Shown here piece by piece: positions 48,301 through 60,618 of a stretch of 64,000 nucleotides of DNA. Both the position numbers and the translations under genes were made by a program. Source of the DNA: Phoronis australis (taxonomy: Eukaryota > Animalia > Phoronida). The stretch lies in NCBI GenBank assembly GCA_002633005.1, contig NMRA01000026.1, positions 614,434 through 678,433 on the forward strand, read 5' to 3'. The first letter of the stretch is position 1. Each line of letters starts with the position of its first letter. Under the pieces are notes generated by a model, which did no database searches, was not told the origin of the DNA, and saw only the letters and a program-made list of their open reading frames with translations.

Positions 48301-51300
48301 GGTGCGAATCGTGAGTGGCGCGTTCATTTAAACTGTTTTCGAGTACAGATCGTGTATTAGTTATGGGGTAGGTACTTCTTGGATCCTTATAACATCTTCT
48401 AACCATGTAATAAGGGTTAACAACGCGTGAGAGAAGGACTTTAACTGTCAATTAAATTCTCTTCACGTCTCATAATCTGAGTAAAGAATGATTTGAAATC
48501 TAATTTTGCGAGCTGTAAATTGTCAAAATCAAAAATTAGTTTTTTGACAGAATGGCAGTTCATAGCAACTTTAAGGTAACCAGCACTATGCATTTAGGAA
48601 TTATTTTCCTTATTTCAGTCTGTTTCACAAAATCTTTGCTGTTCCCAGGTAATCTTTGTTTGCGTGCCAGGCTTTTCAAAACCGGTTTAGAAATAAATGT
48701 ATCCATACCACACATGGAAATACAACCGAGTGACATGGTGATCAGCTTTTTTCAGAATTTTTCTTCAACCTTTTTAAAACTTGAAAGCTATTGGGTCTAG
48801 CCTTTCTTCAGTATTCCAAAATTTTTGGGTTACTGATTGCGTGTGTTCTGAACCTTTTGAAATTGATCAGGGGCACGTTCTGCTGACACAAGAATCTCGT
48901 GAGCAACTTGAAAGTTAGTGTGATCACGAGCTTTGCTTCTATTGCAGGGTGATAGATAATGCGAAGACTTGCATGATGTCATATGGGTCAGTGTGGTCAG
49001 AAAGTGCCTGTGACTAACCCCTTGTTGCTGCTGATCGCTCATGAATAGAGCTTCCGCACAATAGTTTCAATAGAGCTATTGTGAGTCGGCCACCACATCA
49101 GCTGGGGATTACCCCATTGCTGAAGGATAAAACAGTGCTTGCAGAAAACGAGATTATCATACTCACAAATTTAGCCCTTTATTCTTAATTTCATGTATAC
49201 CATTAAAATTGTCAATCAAAAACATCTCTGTTTGCGTTTGAACGGTGGAATTTGATGCACAACTTCCCGATTCATAAAAATATTGCACACACGAGAATCC
49301 TTAAATTAATGCGCATGTGATGCGGTCCCATGCAGTTGACAAAAATGGTCGTTTAAATCTAAAGAAACCTGAAAATTCTATTCTGAAGATATCTAAAACA
49401 TGTTGCTTTTTGTGTAACAGGGTCAAGAAACAGTTACTAATATTTCGCATTTCATGGAATTGAATGAGAACTATTTTCTTGCCCATTGACAACCGACTGT
49501 AGTGCACAGAGGACAAGTGACCATGCAGCGCTCCACTTGGAATGCTAAAAATTCTCACGTGGCAACAGTACAGAAGTGCGCGCGTGCAAGCTTCACGTGT
49601 TGGAGAGATTAACTACCGAATTCGCCCTAATAAGCCCCCATGCCCTTATAGGCACCCCCTAGCATTTTCTGACTGCTAAAATAAGCACCCAGTGCATGAA
49701 CGCTGCCGTAGTTTGCGAAAAATGCCTTACCTACAGTTATAATTGTATAGTAATATCTTCAATTTATCAATAAGAACGTACAGTCCTGAAAAAAATCACT
49801 GTGCAAAATTTATTGACCACGAGCCTCGCCGCTATGTCGGTATTAGCCGTAAATATACACTCCAAACTTCCGCCGTGCTTTAAAAAGAACGCTAAAGTTT
49901 TGCTGATCTTGCGAGTGAGGGACGTGTTCCATTATGGTCTATGGCCTTTCAGAGTGTACTTGTCAACGGGATTGTGGTATTACAGTATCTTTCCTGAACA
50001 GATCTTCTCCATCAGCAGGAATCCAAATTTTCTGTATATGTGAAAACCGCGAATCGAAGACTAATAAAAACTTGACCTTGTTAAAAGCACGTGGCCAAGA
50101 AGCGCGCGCTACATAGATTCTGAAGTACCTGTCATCGAATATTAGTCTTCGGGAACTATCTATTCATGAAAGGGGTAGCAATAATTAGCATCGGCAAGAA
50201 ATCAATACTGGCACTTATTTCTTAAAGTTTCTACTATCGTAAAAACGTTTGCATTATTTTCAGGAGGAATTATTAAAGTAATCGTAGTTGGTGTTTTTAA
50301 AGTCAAAATGACAAACTGATAGTGAAAACTTCCGCACCCTTACACCCCTGAATCTCCCGATCGTTACATCACGTTCACTCTGGCAAATGAACTCTGATGA
50401 TACGTACGCGCTCGTTCACTCACACACGCAGACGAACTTCAAATAAACATCACGTGACAACAACATGTGCGTTTGTCCAGAGATTTTCTCGAGTTGCAGA
50501 GTACGATCTAGCACAGATATGGACTTAATATGGAGTAAATCCCGACTCCACGGGAACTGAAAAATGTTAGGGACGCTATTTTGAAAACTTAAGGAGGACT
50601 TCAGGTAATTAGTTGAGTAGAAACTTATTTTACTCATGAATTCAAGTTAACCTATTGGCAATGGCGAGGCAGCGACGTATCAGTCGGCGGTTTTCGCACT
50701 GGGATTTTCTGAAAAATGCTCATGATTTAACAAATTTTGATAGCAATGCACTGCAATTTTGTAGAAACTCTATCATAGGTTACAGATGCGTCAAAGAGCG
50801 TAAATTTGATGAATTCTAGCGTACGATCTCACCTGTTTTGGAGTCCGGGTTTCAACCACTTTGGGCTATAATAAGCGCCGATGTTTGCGTGGCTCGATAT
50901 TCCCCAGGCCCGATTTTCTATGCCCATAGCCAGCTGTAAGTGATCTTTTTATTCGTCTCTTCATACAACCCACCCCACTAGCTCCAGTTTTCACTCCCCG
51001 GGTCGTAAGTCGACAACGTCGTAGATTTTTCAGACTCGAACTGTTAGAGAAAACACCGTACTAATTAACTCAGAGTAAGTTTTCTTCAAAACGCTATTTG
51101 TATTTTTAATGGCCAACTTTTGCTTGTGGTTTGTGTTAATTGTGAAAAAGCCGCATAGGCGAAAACAAAATGTTATGGGCGTTTTTTGAGATTTCATCTT
51201 GAAATGCTAATTTCTCTTAGTTCTGCCTGAAACATGGTCACAGTCACATGAGAGATTGATATAAAGCTCAAACTCAGATTCTGCAGGATTTTACCTTTCA

Positions 51301-51876
51301 GAAAATGTATGCATTTACCCAGTTAAATTCTATATTTCTGTTCATATTTGGCTAAATTCTAACACTTGTGGAAAAGGACTTTCACAACTTCAGCTCGCCA
51401 GCATAAAAAGTCACTGAAAATAGTCCATTCTGGATGAGAATGCAAACCTCACTAAAACTGACTTATTGTTACCTGGTAGGGTATATTGTAAACACACAAT
51501 AGCTTGGGGGATGTTTTTTGTGTTGTGACTATTCACATTCTGAATAGAAGTAGATCTAAGTATTGATAAACAAGATAATTATCCCAACCAAAATCTCTGA
51601 GCACCTGCCCAGTATGTTACGTTTTTGTGAGTGCATTATTTCTGCAGTACAGGCACCGGTTAAGGGTGTCCAAACTAAGCAGAAAAGTATGATAAAATCT
51701 CCACCTCATCGTCAATAGGCCTACACGTGAGGTCTTGCAAAACTTCGGTGAATCATCACTGTGCAGTAACAGATTGGCACTATGACCCCATGGGGATTGG
51801 GACAAACATCCACCATTTTCCTGCACTTGCAAAAGGTGTGTTTTGTTAACACCGAGTACTTGTACGATATTTGTAG

Positions 51877-52031
51877 GACGTCGAGCTACAATACCTGTGG
51901 ACGTTATTGGGTAATGACAGCTTGATCGTTGACTGTGCCTGCAGTGATGTGCTGGTAGCCCTTGTTACATCTAATCACCTTGACTTTGGTTATGTACTTG
52001 ATGGATTGCTTAATGTGGCGCCCTCTGTCAG
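51877..52031 (+). CDS. FOCAD: Focadhesin exon (DVELQYLWTLLGNDSLIVDCACSDVLVALVTSNHLDFGYVLDGLLNVAPSV-R)
   Basis: atttgtag| and AG|gtgagt, 155 nt, phase 0/2. Matches remembered human LNLLWEKCCSDNVVVRTACCEGLVALVAQDHAEFSYVLNGILNLIPSTR. Absent from the ORF track. Confidence 0.92.
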
Positions 52032-52294
52032 GTGAGTTGAGAATTGGTGTCAAGACAAGTTGTCAAAATTTGGAGACCCATGTTGTAAACATCTTCTTAA
52101 AACGAGATGAGGATTGTTTTGGAGAAATGGTTTGAATTTCTCCAATGACACGTGGCCGGCCTGACCTGAGTTCTATTCACATTTCAGTCTCATAGTGGAG
52201 GTGGCTTAAGTCATCAAAAGAGTGACTCTATTCACTACGTCACATAGTGAGAGTACGTAATTACTGTTTCTTGTCTAAATAGATTTGAAAGTGT

Positions 52295-52443
52295 CCTGGC
52301 CGTACTTTTCCATTGTCTTTTTGGAACATGAAAACCATAAAATTTGTATAATAGTAAAAATTGCAGTGTGTGCCTGGCCGTACTTTTCCATTGTCTTTTT
52401 GGAACATGAAAACCATAAAATTTGTATAATAGTAAAAATTGCA
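52295..52443. repeat. Recent tandem duplication, 78-bp period, 71-bp identical core
   Basis: cctggccgtacttttccattg...aaattgca at 52295 and 52373. Confidence 0.97.
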
Positions 52444-53560
52444 CTATGTGGGTTGTTGAATTTTCAAAACTGGTGAAGCAATAGCGATTTTGTGAACAAA
52501 AACCCAAGTCTTGAAATATTCATTGGAATGTTAAGATGCTTGAGCATGACTTATCAGCTAAATATACCGAATCTCTAACTCCAATGGAAGCCGGGCCTGA
52601 AAGAATTTGGCTAAAACCTGGTTATGGTGATGTAATCTCACTTAAAGGGCAAAGCCTTGTTGACGACATGACCTTTAGGTAAATCGAAGGTTTGGGAGAG
52701 GGACTGGGGAATGTTTGGAAAGTTCGAGGGACTGGGGAGGGACTAGGGGTAATCGAGTTATAGGTGGAAACATTCTAACATTATGACATGGTATTTTAGG
52801 ATTCTATTGTGTGAAAAAGATTGGAATTCAAAACTGGACTGTGGTTTGTGTTCACAATTTCAATGCCCCTCTCATTTCAAGATACCGAAATACTTTTTTG
52901 TCATCTCAGTACATTGGTTGTGTAAAACACTGATCGACATTAAATTTGCTGAATTCTTGTTTTTCTTCCATGATTTTTATTTTTTTTTAATTTTTTAGAA
53001 TATTGAAACTAGGCAAGATTTCACAAAATTTCGAAATTTTTCCAAAACTCATCGGAGTCATTGATTGGTAACCTTTCAGATTTGTCTGGAGACGCTGATT
53101 AATTTTTTTCCGCCATTAATGTTACAGTTTACAAGACGACACAGTTTTGTTTAGTTTTTTGCGCCCAGATTAAAGAACATCAATTTTAGTAAAACATACA
53201 AAAAACTGGTTGAATTTGAATTTTAATCATATGTGCCAAACTCTGATTCATCAACTTTAACAAAAGTATTTTGTAATGCTGAGCAATATTTCAAGACACG
53301 CTTCTTCTGGTCAAGTGAAATTATTAAAATTTGATTTTTAATTCATTTTGTCAACCGCTTCGTTCTACAAAATTTTGAAAATGATCCGCATTCTTCTCAT
53401 TCTTGTTTATATAATTTAGGTAGCTCAGACCTTTAGAAAACCTCAGGGGTAATTTGTTAGCAAAAGTCAATTTACAGATTGATGAATACAGTGAGAAATT
53501 AGCTGCTTTCAATATCTCAATCAAATTCATCATTTGGACGTGTTTTCTCTTCATTTCTAG

Positions 53561-53662
53561 GAAACTGAACGGTGTCATTAATGGCGTGACTCAGCTCATG
53601 TGCCTACAAGTACAGATGCAGTTGAAATCAACAAAAAGTTACAAATGCCCTTATTCACTCAG
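53561..53662 (+). CDS. FOCAD: Focadhesin exon (KLNGVINGVTQLMCLQVQMQLKSTKSYKCPYSL-R)
   Basis: ttctcttcatttctag| and AG|gtaaaa, 102 nt, phase 2/2. Similar to remembered human NTHGLIKAIMHLLQMQ...IYTIR. Confidence 0.88.
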
Positions 53663-54179
53663 GTAAAATACACACCTCTCTCTCCTGCCATCTTCAAGTT
53701 TTCAATAACACTGACGTTGCTAGAATGAAGTTCTTTCTTGTGCAGACCGAAATTCAATGTCTTCATGAACTTTTCTTGGCTACACTTACTAGTCTTACTC
53801 AATCTACTGTTGCCATGGCGTCACACACCGCCAATCTGATGCAACAGTAATTTGAGAATGGCAGATGACAAAGCGGCCAAAGATGACCATGGGTACATTG
53901 AATTTTCGTCTGTGCCAAAAAAACTCCATTCTCTTTGTGTGCGTAAAATTCAAGCCAAAGCATTCAGACAAAATTACCCAGAATTCCCCGTCGTTAGACG
54001 ACTGAGCTGAAGCTCAATTCATTGTCAGTGTTGTCTCCCTTGATGACTGAGAATGAAGGGAAGTAACAGGAAAGTTAGTAAGATGGCAAAGTCATTTGTT
54101 ACTAAAATTTGTTGCCATTACAGCCATTGCCATCCAATTTTCTTTTTAGCAGAATTTGCCATCGCGACAGTGGATACTA

Positions 54180-54244
54180 TATGTTGTCTGATTACTTTTG
54201 TCTTGTACTGTATGTTGTCTGATTACTTTTGTCTTGTACTGTAT
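54180..54244. repeat. 31-bp perfect tandem duplication
   Basis: tatgttgtctgattacttttgtcttgtactg x2. Confidence 0.97.
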
Positions 54245-55465
54245 CAGATGGATGAAACTCGTCATCTCGCAGTGTATGAAAATGTCACAACTCTGTGTTA
54301 TGGTTTTACGTGGGTATATTCTAGAGATCTACAAGATACATCTATTCACTATGCTGTCTAACTCTCAACTGAAAACTTGTTTGTCAGAACTAAAGATCAT
54401 ATGCTCATGAGTCATAATCAGATTTCAGAGAATTGTTTTGCACATCTTACGCAATCTATGATTCTAGATACCAGTGCCATATAAGGTTATGTTTTGAACT
54501 CTGCAACTCTAGTGAAAACCACGAACATAATACGTAGGTAATCGCAAAAAATGTTCACTTATTTGGCACAAAAATAATTCTCTCATGCTGGATTCAACTC
54601 TCCTCTTTTATGGAGGTAGAAAAACAGATTGCTTGATTGACGTAGTTTGTAATGATGTGGGTCTGCTAACAAACCTCTGAACTGAAAGGGACAAGGTAGA
54701 ATGATTTATCACGCCTCATTCGCCTTTTCAAATTTACGTATTGATGTCTGCGTTGCAACAGTGAAACTTCATGGGCCTCATTATGACAAATGGCAAACTG
54801 ATCTCAATGCAAAATAGGGTTAACGTAAAATAGTAATTAATATGGTAGAAATGTACAACAGTGGGGTAAGCATTGTGTGCAAATACTACAGACTCAAAGA
54901 AAGTGCTGTAGTAATCCATTATTATGGGTGTGAAGAAAAATGTCCAAATTTGGCTAACTTTGGAACTCCATCTTAGAAATGGCTGATCGAATTCATGTGA
55001 AGCTTTCTGGAACTATGCTTTATGTATGACGTTTTTCTTTCAAACCACCGCGCTGATAATTCAGTTTTCGATTATTTGGTTCTGAATATATTTAAGACAT
55101 TGCTCTTTACCGCAAAAAATCTGAGAATTATCCCACTGGCCATTGTTTGTAAACCTTCATTCTGTGACACTCATGGAAAATATTATATAGTACGACCATC
55201 GTCTATGGAAGATATGTTCCAGGCACTAAGGACATTAATTATGAGGCGTAAGTAAAGATAAATCATGCAGCAAAACATGTCTTGTACGAGACGAGGAGAA
55301 ATGCAAGCTTAGGTGAAATGGCATTACCGGATATTTAATCTAGCTTTGTCACCAAATGAATAAGCACTGTCATATTAATGATTATATTTGCTTCGACTGC
55401 TAATCCTATCGTGTGTGTGTATGTGTGTGTGTACAGTTGGATATGAAAGTAATCAGTTAAGCATT

Positions 55466-56085
55466 GTAGGATAGGTTTATTTCATGTAACAGGCCTCCGG
55501 CCCACATTACAATATATAACACAAAGAGAGTACAATAATTTTTCAAGTCTAGATTAATTCATATCAAGGAACTCATTTCGGCGTTTCTCCGCATTAATTA
55601 AATATCGAGCAACTTTTCTCGGAACATTTAAGTCATGAGTCTGTAGAAAATTTCTGAATATTGTATCTTCCACCTTATCGTACCTTGGTAAAAACCGCAC
55701 TCGTAAATCCAAATATAAATTGCATTCGAGAAGAAAGTGGAATTCTGTTTCCACTTTCCCACTGTCACAGCAAGACATAATCTGTCTCTGTCTAATCCAC
55801 TGAACCTTCCCTGAATAATCATTAATGAATGTGCGGAGCATCTAAACCTTGCAAGGGCTATTCTATGAAGTCTATTTTCTAAACATGTTACGTATTTTTC
55901 TACTACGAAGTTACATTTAATTGTTTTGTAAACATCTAAAGATTGAGAAAAAATATTGTTTCTCCAATCCTGAATGTCATCGTTGTTTAAATTCACGTAT
56001 AAATGAGGCAGCATCGCCCACACCAAACAACTCCAAAACCATAAGCAAATAACAATCGTTTAACATTTAGGGCCCAGCAAGACTT
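55466..56085 (-). mobile_element. 5'-truncated non-LTR retrotransposon (LINE, RTE-X-like): ORF2 C-terminus and 3' UTR, frameshifted
   Basis: Reads WALNVKRLLFAYGFGVVW ... RIALARFRCSAHSLMIIQGRFSGLDRDRLC / CDSGKVETEFHFLLECNLYLDLR (CCHC-type C-terminal motif). Stop at 55554, then a ggcc-gga-ggcc hairpin and AATAAA near 55476-55502. Confidence 0.88.
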
Positions 56086-57149
56086 ATAATAAGCCATAAA
56101 TAGTGCATGGTATACCATCTCCGTATTCTCTCAAAACAGTTGTGATCTCAGATCTCAACGTCTGCATTGAAACCTCACGTGTGTCTGATCGTTGCTCTTC
56201 TAGTGCTAAATCATATTTCATTATGTCACCACTGTCTCGAGAAGTGGTTCATTAAACGCTTTTATTAATATGTAACGGGAGTTAATACTGAATGTAAAAC
56301 TGCATGTTCCTAGCATCGCATTTCTCTTCAACTTTTACTCATGCCTGTGCACTCCGCTTCTTGCAAATTGATGAGAGACTGACCGGAATCCTAAGTCCTC
56401 ACCATGTGACTTAGTGAGGTCGTTTCCCACAAAGTGACATCATTGAAATATGCGTGTCCCAAGATAACAATAAAGTGTTTTGTGGATTAGTGTTCAATGC
56501 CACCTGTAACACTTCGCACTGTGTCTTGAAGGGAGATATTTATGATGGTAGGACATTACAGGGTCTTTGTGAACTGCTTGTCATCATTATGCTGGTATTG
56601 ATGCCATTACAGGGTGGGTTCATTTTGGGCTGGGGGGTAACTAGTCTGTATTGTAACTTAGATTTTTGTGTAGGGTTGTAAATCCTGGATGTCATGCACA
56701 CACACAATGGGCCTTTTGTTAGAAATTGGCATTCATGGTCAATGAAAGCAGGTCTGCGTTAATGTCTTGTAGGACATCCAGGAACATTAATTTAAAGCCA
56801 ATTACCAGAAAAACTAAGCAGTGTCAACCAGTTAAAGTTTACATATTCGTAATGAAGAAAGACCAGAGATTATCAATAATTATTAAAACACTTAATACTT
56901 ATGTGTCATTGATATAATAAGCACTCATTTTAATTCAAATTTTCATTCTTAACGAAGTTACATTAATAGTGCAAATACTCGTTAGCTGATTTTAATAACT
57001 TGGCAATATCTCTCAATAACAATGTTTGGAATTTTCAATTGCTCATTTTGTTTGTTTCTAAGCCAATGTAACTCGCAAAATGTTAGGTATTTTTGTAAAA
57101 AAAACAGCGGCTGTATTTGTCTACGGCACAGTACAATAAAGCTAGGACT

Positions 57150-57270
57150 TAAAATATCCTAGCAGCATTTTTGAGATTGACAAATAAATATTAAAATTGG
57201 AAAGTTTTGGTGAAATCCACCAAGCCGTCTTTGTGCACTCGTGTTCCTAAGTTCAAGTTAAATCGATTTG
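57150..57270 (-). repeat. Dispersed repeat, inverted copy of ~17705-17820
   Basis: aaatccaccaagccgt...gtgttcctaagttcaa is the reverse complement of ttgaacttaggaacac...acggcttggtggattt. Confidence 0.7.
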
Positions 57271-57614
57271 GGATACGCTGAAAGCCTCGTTTTTTATTTC
57301 ATTGGATTCGTAAGCAGAGACTCCCTGGTATGTACAGCCAATAAGATCTTCAACTCATAAAAAATTCTAATGCAGTCACACTCGCATAAATTAATTATGT
57401 CAGAACCTGTAACAGAAAACTGACGTTTTTATTATTCATAGATCGTCTGTCAGTTGTCTGTCTAGATACTGGATCTGGTTGACATCGACACCAACTAAAA
57501 CATTTTGAGCCAGCAAAATTCTGGGGTAGCTGATGACTTTAAAGCGAGTCTGCTACTGGGGAGTTTAATTTATTCGCTGGGAAAATTTGCACCAATCAGT
57601 GGTAGGCTCTAATA

Positions 57615-58150
57615 TCGCTTTCCCATTGGGGTAACTTTGGTTTACCGAAGCTTCACGAAAGTTCGCTTACCTTTCCAACTAGACAGTGATATTGACGTTA
57701 TCACTAAGATACCAGCCGACGCAGTTCATTTGTACTCTCTAAAATGAAAATTGAGTAGTCGGTTCAAGGCTAACTTAAAATTGTTCTCCTCCCATTTACG
57801 AGACAGTGTTTATGAAAACGATCATTGTCGTTCTTCGTCAGATATGCTTTCTTTTATTTATTTATATCCGTCTATTGAGAGCACATCGGCTACACCACTA
57901 CAACAAAGAACACGTTTTGCGAGTTTCACGTGATTGTATATCGTTGCGACGAGCTCTTCCAATAACTTTGGCGAAGTTACTCTCTGACCTTTCCCACTAC
58001 ACTGAAGTTTTGGTGACTACCGAAGCTTCGCTTTTAAATCCTACCATTTTCTGCGAAGTTTCGCTTGCAGATTAATTATCAGAGTTAACCTTTCCCACTT
58101 ACCGCAACTTCGGGAAATGCGGCAAAGTTTCGCCTCTAGGGGGAAAGCGA
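57615..58150. mobile_element. TIR element with repeated cctttcccact / cgaagcttc motifs (possibly Harbinger-like MITE)
   Basis: tcgctttccc at the left, gggaaagcga at the right; internal repeats of acctttcc(c/a)acta. Confidence 0.5.
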
Positions 58151-59240
58151 ATTAAAATACTTCAATAAATCTCATAAGTTTTGTGATACATTCAGGCCAC
58201 TTGATGCCAGTTCTACTTCATTTGTAATCAGAGTCTTCAGTCATTGTCGTGCCAAGATGTTGTGCAGTGTGGTAGGGAAATATCTCTTTCACCAGTATCA
58301 ATTGATTTTGTTCGAATTTCTCCATACCCATCAGCACAAAAGACATAAATTCAATGGAAAAATCACGGTATTATCTTAAACAGGTATAGAGGTGAACTGC
58401 TGGCATAATGGCACATGTTCAAAGTCAAAACTTTATGATAACGAAAATAGTGGATGAGAAATGAAGAACTGTCAGATCCATTATGTTTATATTGCCCTAT
58501 CCTACCGAAATCTAATTGATCTCACGACCACTGATGTTTGTGAAGTGGATCAAAGGTAAAAATAAGTACGGTAGTGGTTATCTGACCAAAGTTTCGCGAA
58601 AGGAGATGAAAACAATTCGAATGATGTAAACTTTTAATGTGTATCAGTTGTTTTTATTGACTTCTGTGCACTTCATGTGTTCTGTCTAAGAAAAATTAAA
58701 TGCTAATGTGATATTTAATGCCTTACAGAAACAATGGTTGACTTTAAAAAGGGCTTTGATGTAATGCTCGACCCTCAGAGCATAGGTACAGCCACTTATT
58801 CTTTTCAACATAGAACAGTAACGTTAGATATCGCAAAGTAATGAAAATTTGGTAATGGCTACAGTAATTTGCATAAAAAACACATAGGACATTTTTTGGC
58901 TTGTCAACGTCAGTTTTCATTTTTACCACCAAATTTCCTTTACAGAAACGCAATTAAGAATTTGATACCCGGGCAGGGGGGGGGGGGGNGGGGGGGGGGG
59001 GGGGGGTTTGCACAGGAGGTCATTTTCTGACTCATCTTAAAGTTTTCTCATCACATTTGTGAGTGAGTGTCTGTTGATTTGATGGAACTCACCTCTTGGA
59101 CTTGTTTTTTACCATGATTGCAGAACGTTAGTTCAGATATCATCAGGCTTGCCTCAGATTGCAGTAACCGACCCCCTCTATGGTTGGTACATGGGAATAG
59201 GATTGGTCTTGTAATGGAACTTTACTGTTATTTGTTACAG

Positions 59241-59342
59241 GAGTCCTCGTCACCCGTACATTAGCCTGCTCACATACAGGCCGGACTGTTGGGCTGTATT
59301 ACTGGATAACATAGTCACTCTCTGTTTTCACCACGACCCCAG
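59241..59342 (+). CDS. FOCAD: Focadhesin exon (SPRHPYISLLTYRPDCWAVLLDNIVTLCFHHDP-R)
   Basis: tttgttacag| and AG|gtacac, 102 nt, phase 2/2. HP.I..L..RPDCW matches remembered human HPHPLITVLEHRPDCWPVFLQQL. Confidence 0.93.
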
Positions 59343-59383
59343 GTACACCTTGTTAACTTGTAGGTGTAGTTTTCAAAATAAGG

Positions 59384-59616
59384 TAGGCAAACTTTGGCAC
59401 CACTTTGTCAAACTCTACCAGACAAGTCTTAATGGCACACTTCTTGCAAGAATCACCTCTAGGAGGAGCTTCTGTCACATTTTAATGTCATCATGAGGTG
59501 GAGCTTCTGTCACATTAAAATGTGACAGAAGCTCCACCTAGAGGTGATTCTTGCAAGAAGTGTGCCATTAAGACTTGTCTGGTAGAGTTTGACAAAGTGG
59601 TGCCAAAGTTTACCTA
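59384..59616. repeat. Near-perfect inverted repeat, 105-bp arms, 23-bp spacer
   Basis: 59384-59488 versus 59512-59616, two mismatches seen. Confidence 0.97.
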
Positions 59617-60543
59617 GCTCCACCTCGTGGGGTGTCTGGGTTAAGTTTAAAGGCTAAAACACCAGTGTTTCTGCTATGACTATTGCTAGTAATAGCAGTG
59701 GTTGCAAGGGTCACTTTTCTGGCAGTTGGAGTTACCCCAAAACTGCTGGCATTGTATAGCAATTTTGTAGCCAGATTGCTTACTTCAAATTATACGCATA
59801 TACATAGGGGAAAGAGCACCCTGTGGTACTTGTAGCAGTATTCGTCTTATTGCAGGAAGTGAATATGCTTTTACGCCACCTTTAAAAGCGGTGAGAAAAC
59901 TAAGCAAATTTAGACTGGCAAAAATTATTTACGTGGTTAATGCCTTAATACTAAGTCTGTTTAGAATGTTATAATTGTTTATTCGCCACTGAAAAACTTG
60001 TAGCACTTTTGCCGTTTATGTGAACACTAGAGACGAATTCGATGTTGCTCCTAACGTCACTTTTCTAGTCAAAATACATGGCAGATACTTCGCAGATTTG
60101 TAATAATTAACTGGGAGCAAAAATGAGAGATTTTGACGCACTTGAGGCAGAATTAAAGGAATGTTGCTTTGAAGTGATGTTGTAGTTGCATTTGGCTGTG
60201 AACTTTATGAAAGGTATGCATCGTCCGAAAAACCACTACAATTTAGAAGTTGTCGATTACAAACTGCTCGTGTCCCTTGAGTTAAGCACAGATTTTTTAA
60301 ATTTATTTACTAGAAGTGTGCCATGCAATTGGTCAATTTTAATAGACTTGGTAATTCATAAAATCATGGAAAATGGCCGCCATGCACATGTTGTAAACAT
60401 ATCCCCTTTAAATGAGATAAGGATCGATTCGGAGAAATCTCTTGAATTTGTCCAATGTTGCCAGGTCAGCTTGGCCTGTTCTAACCACATTCCAGTGTCA
60501 ATATAGGGGGCTAGTCATAAATAGAGTGACTGTTTTCACTTAG

Positions 60544-60618
60544 ACACAGGGATTTTGACAGCAATGACCCAACCCTTGAGCTGTTCATTGGAAAGTGGTT
60601 TCCAACATGGCTCATCAG
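60544..60618 (+). CDS. Candidate alternative 75-nt cassette exon of focadhesin (HRDFDSNDPTLELFIGKWFPTWLI)
   Basis: tgactgttttcacttag| acceptor, CAG|gtaatg donor; open in the phase-2 frame of the flanking exons; no counterpart in the remembered human protein. Confidence 0.35.

Noticed and set aside
58976-59006. Poly-G tract as a G-quadruplex element
   Set aside because: Contains an N, and other G-runs flank gaps, so the length is unreliable.
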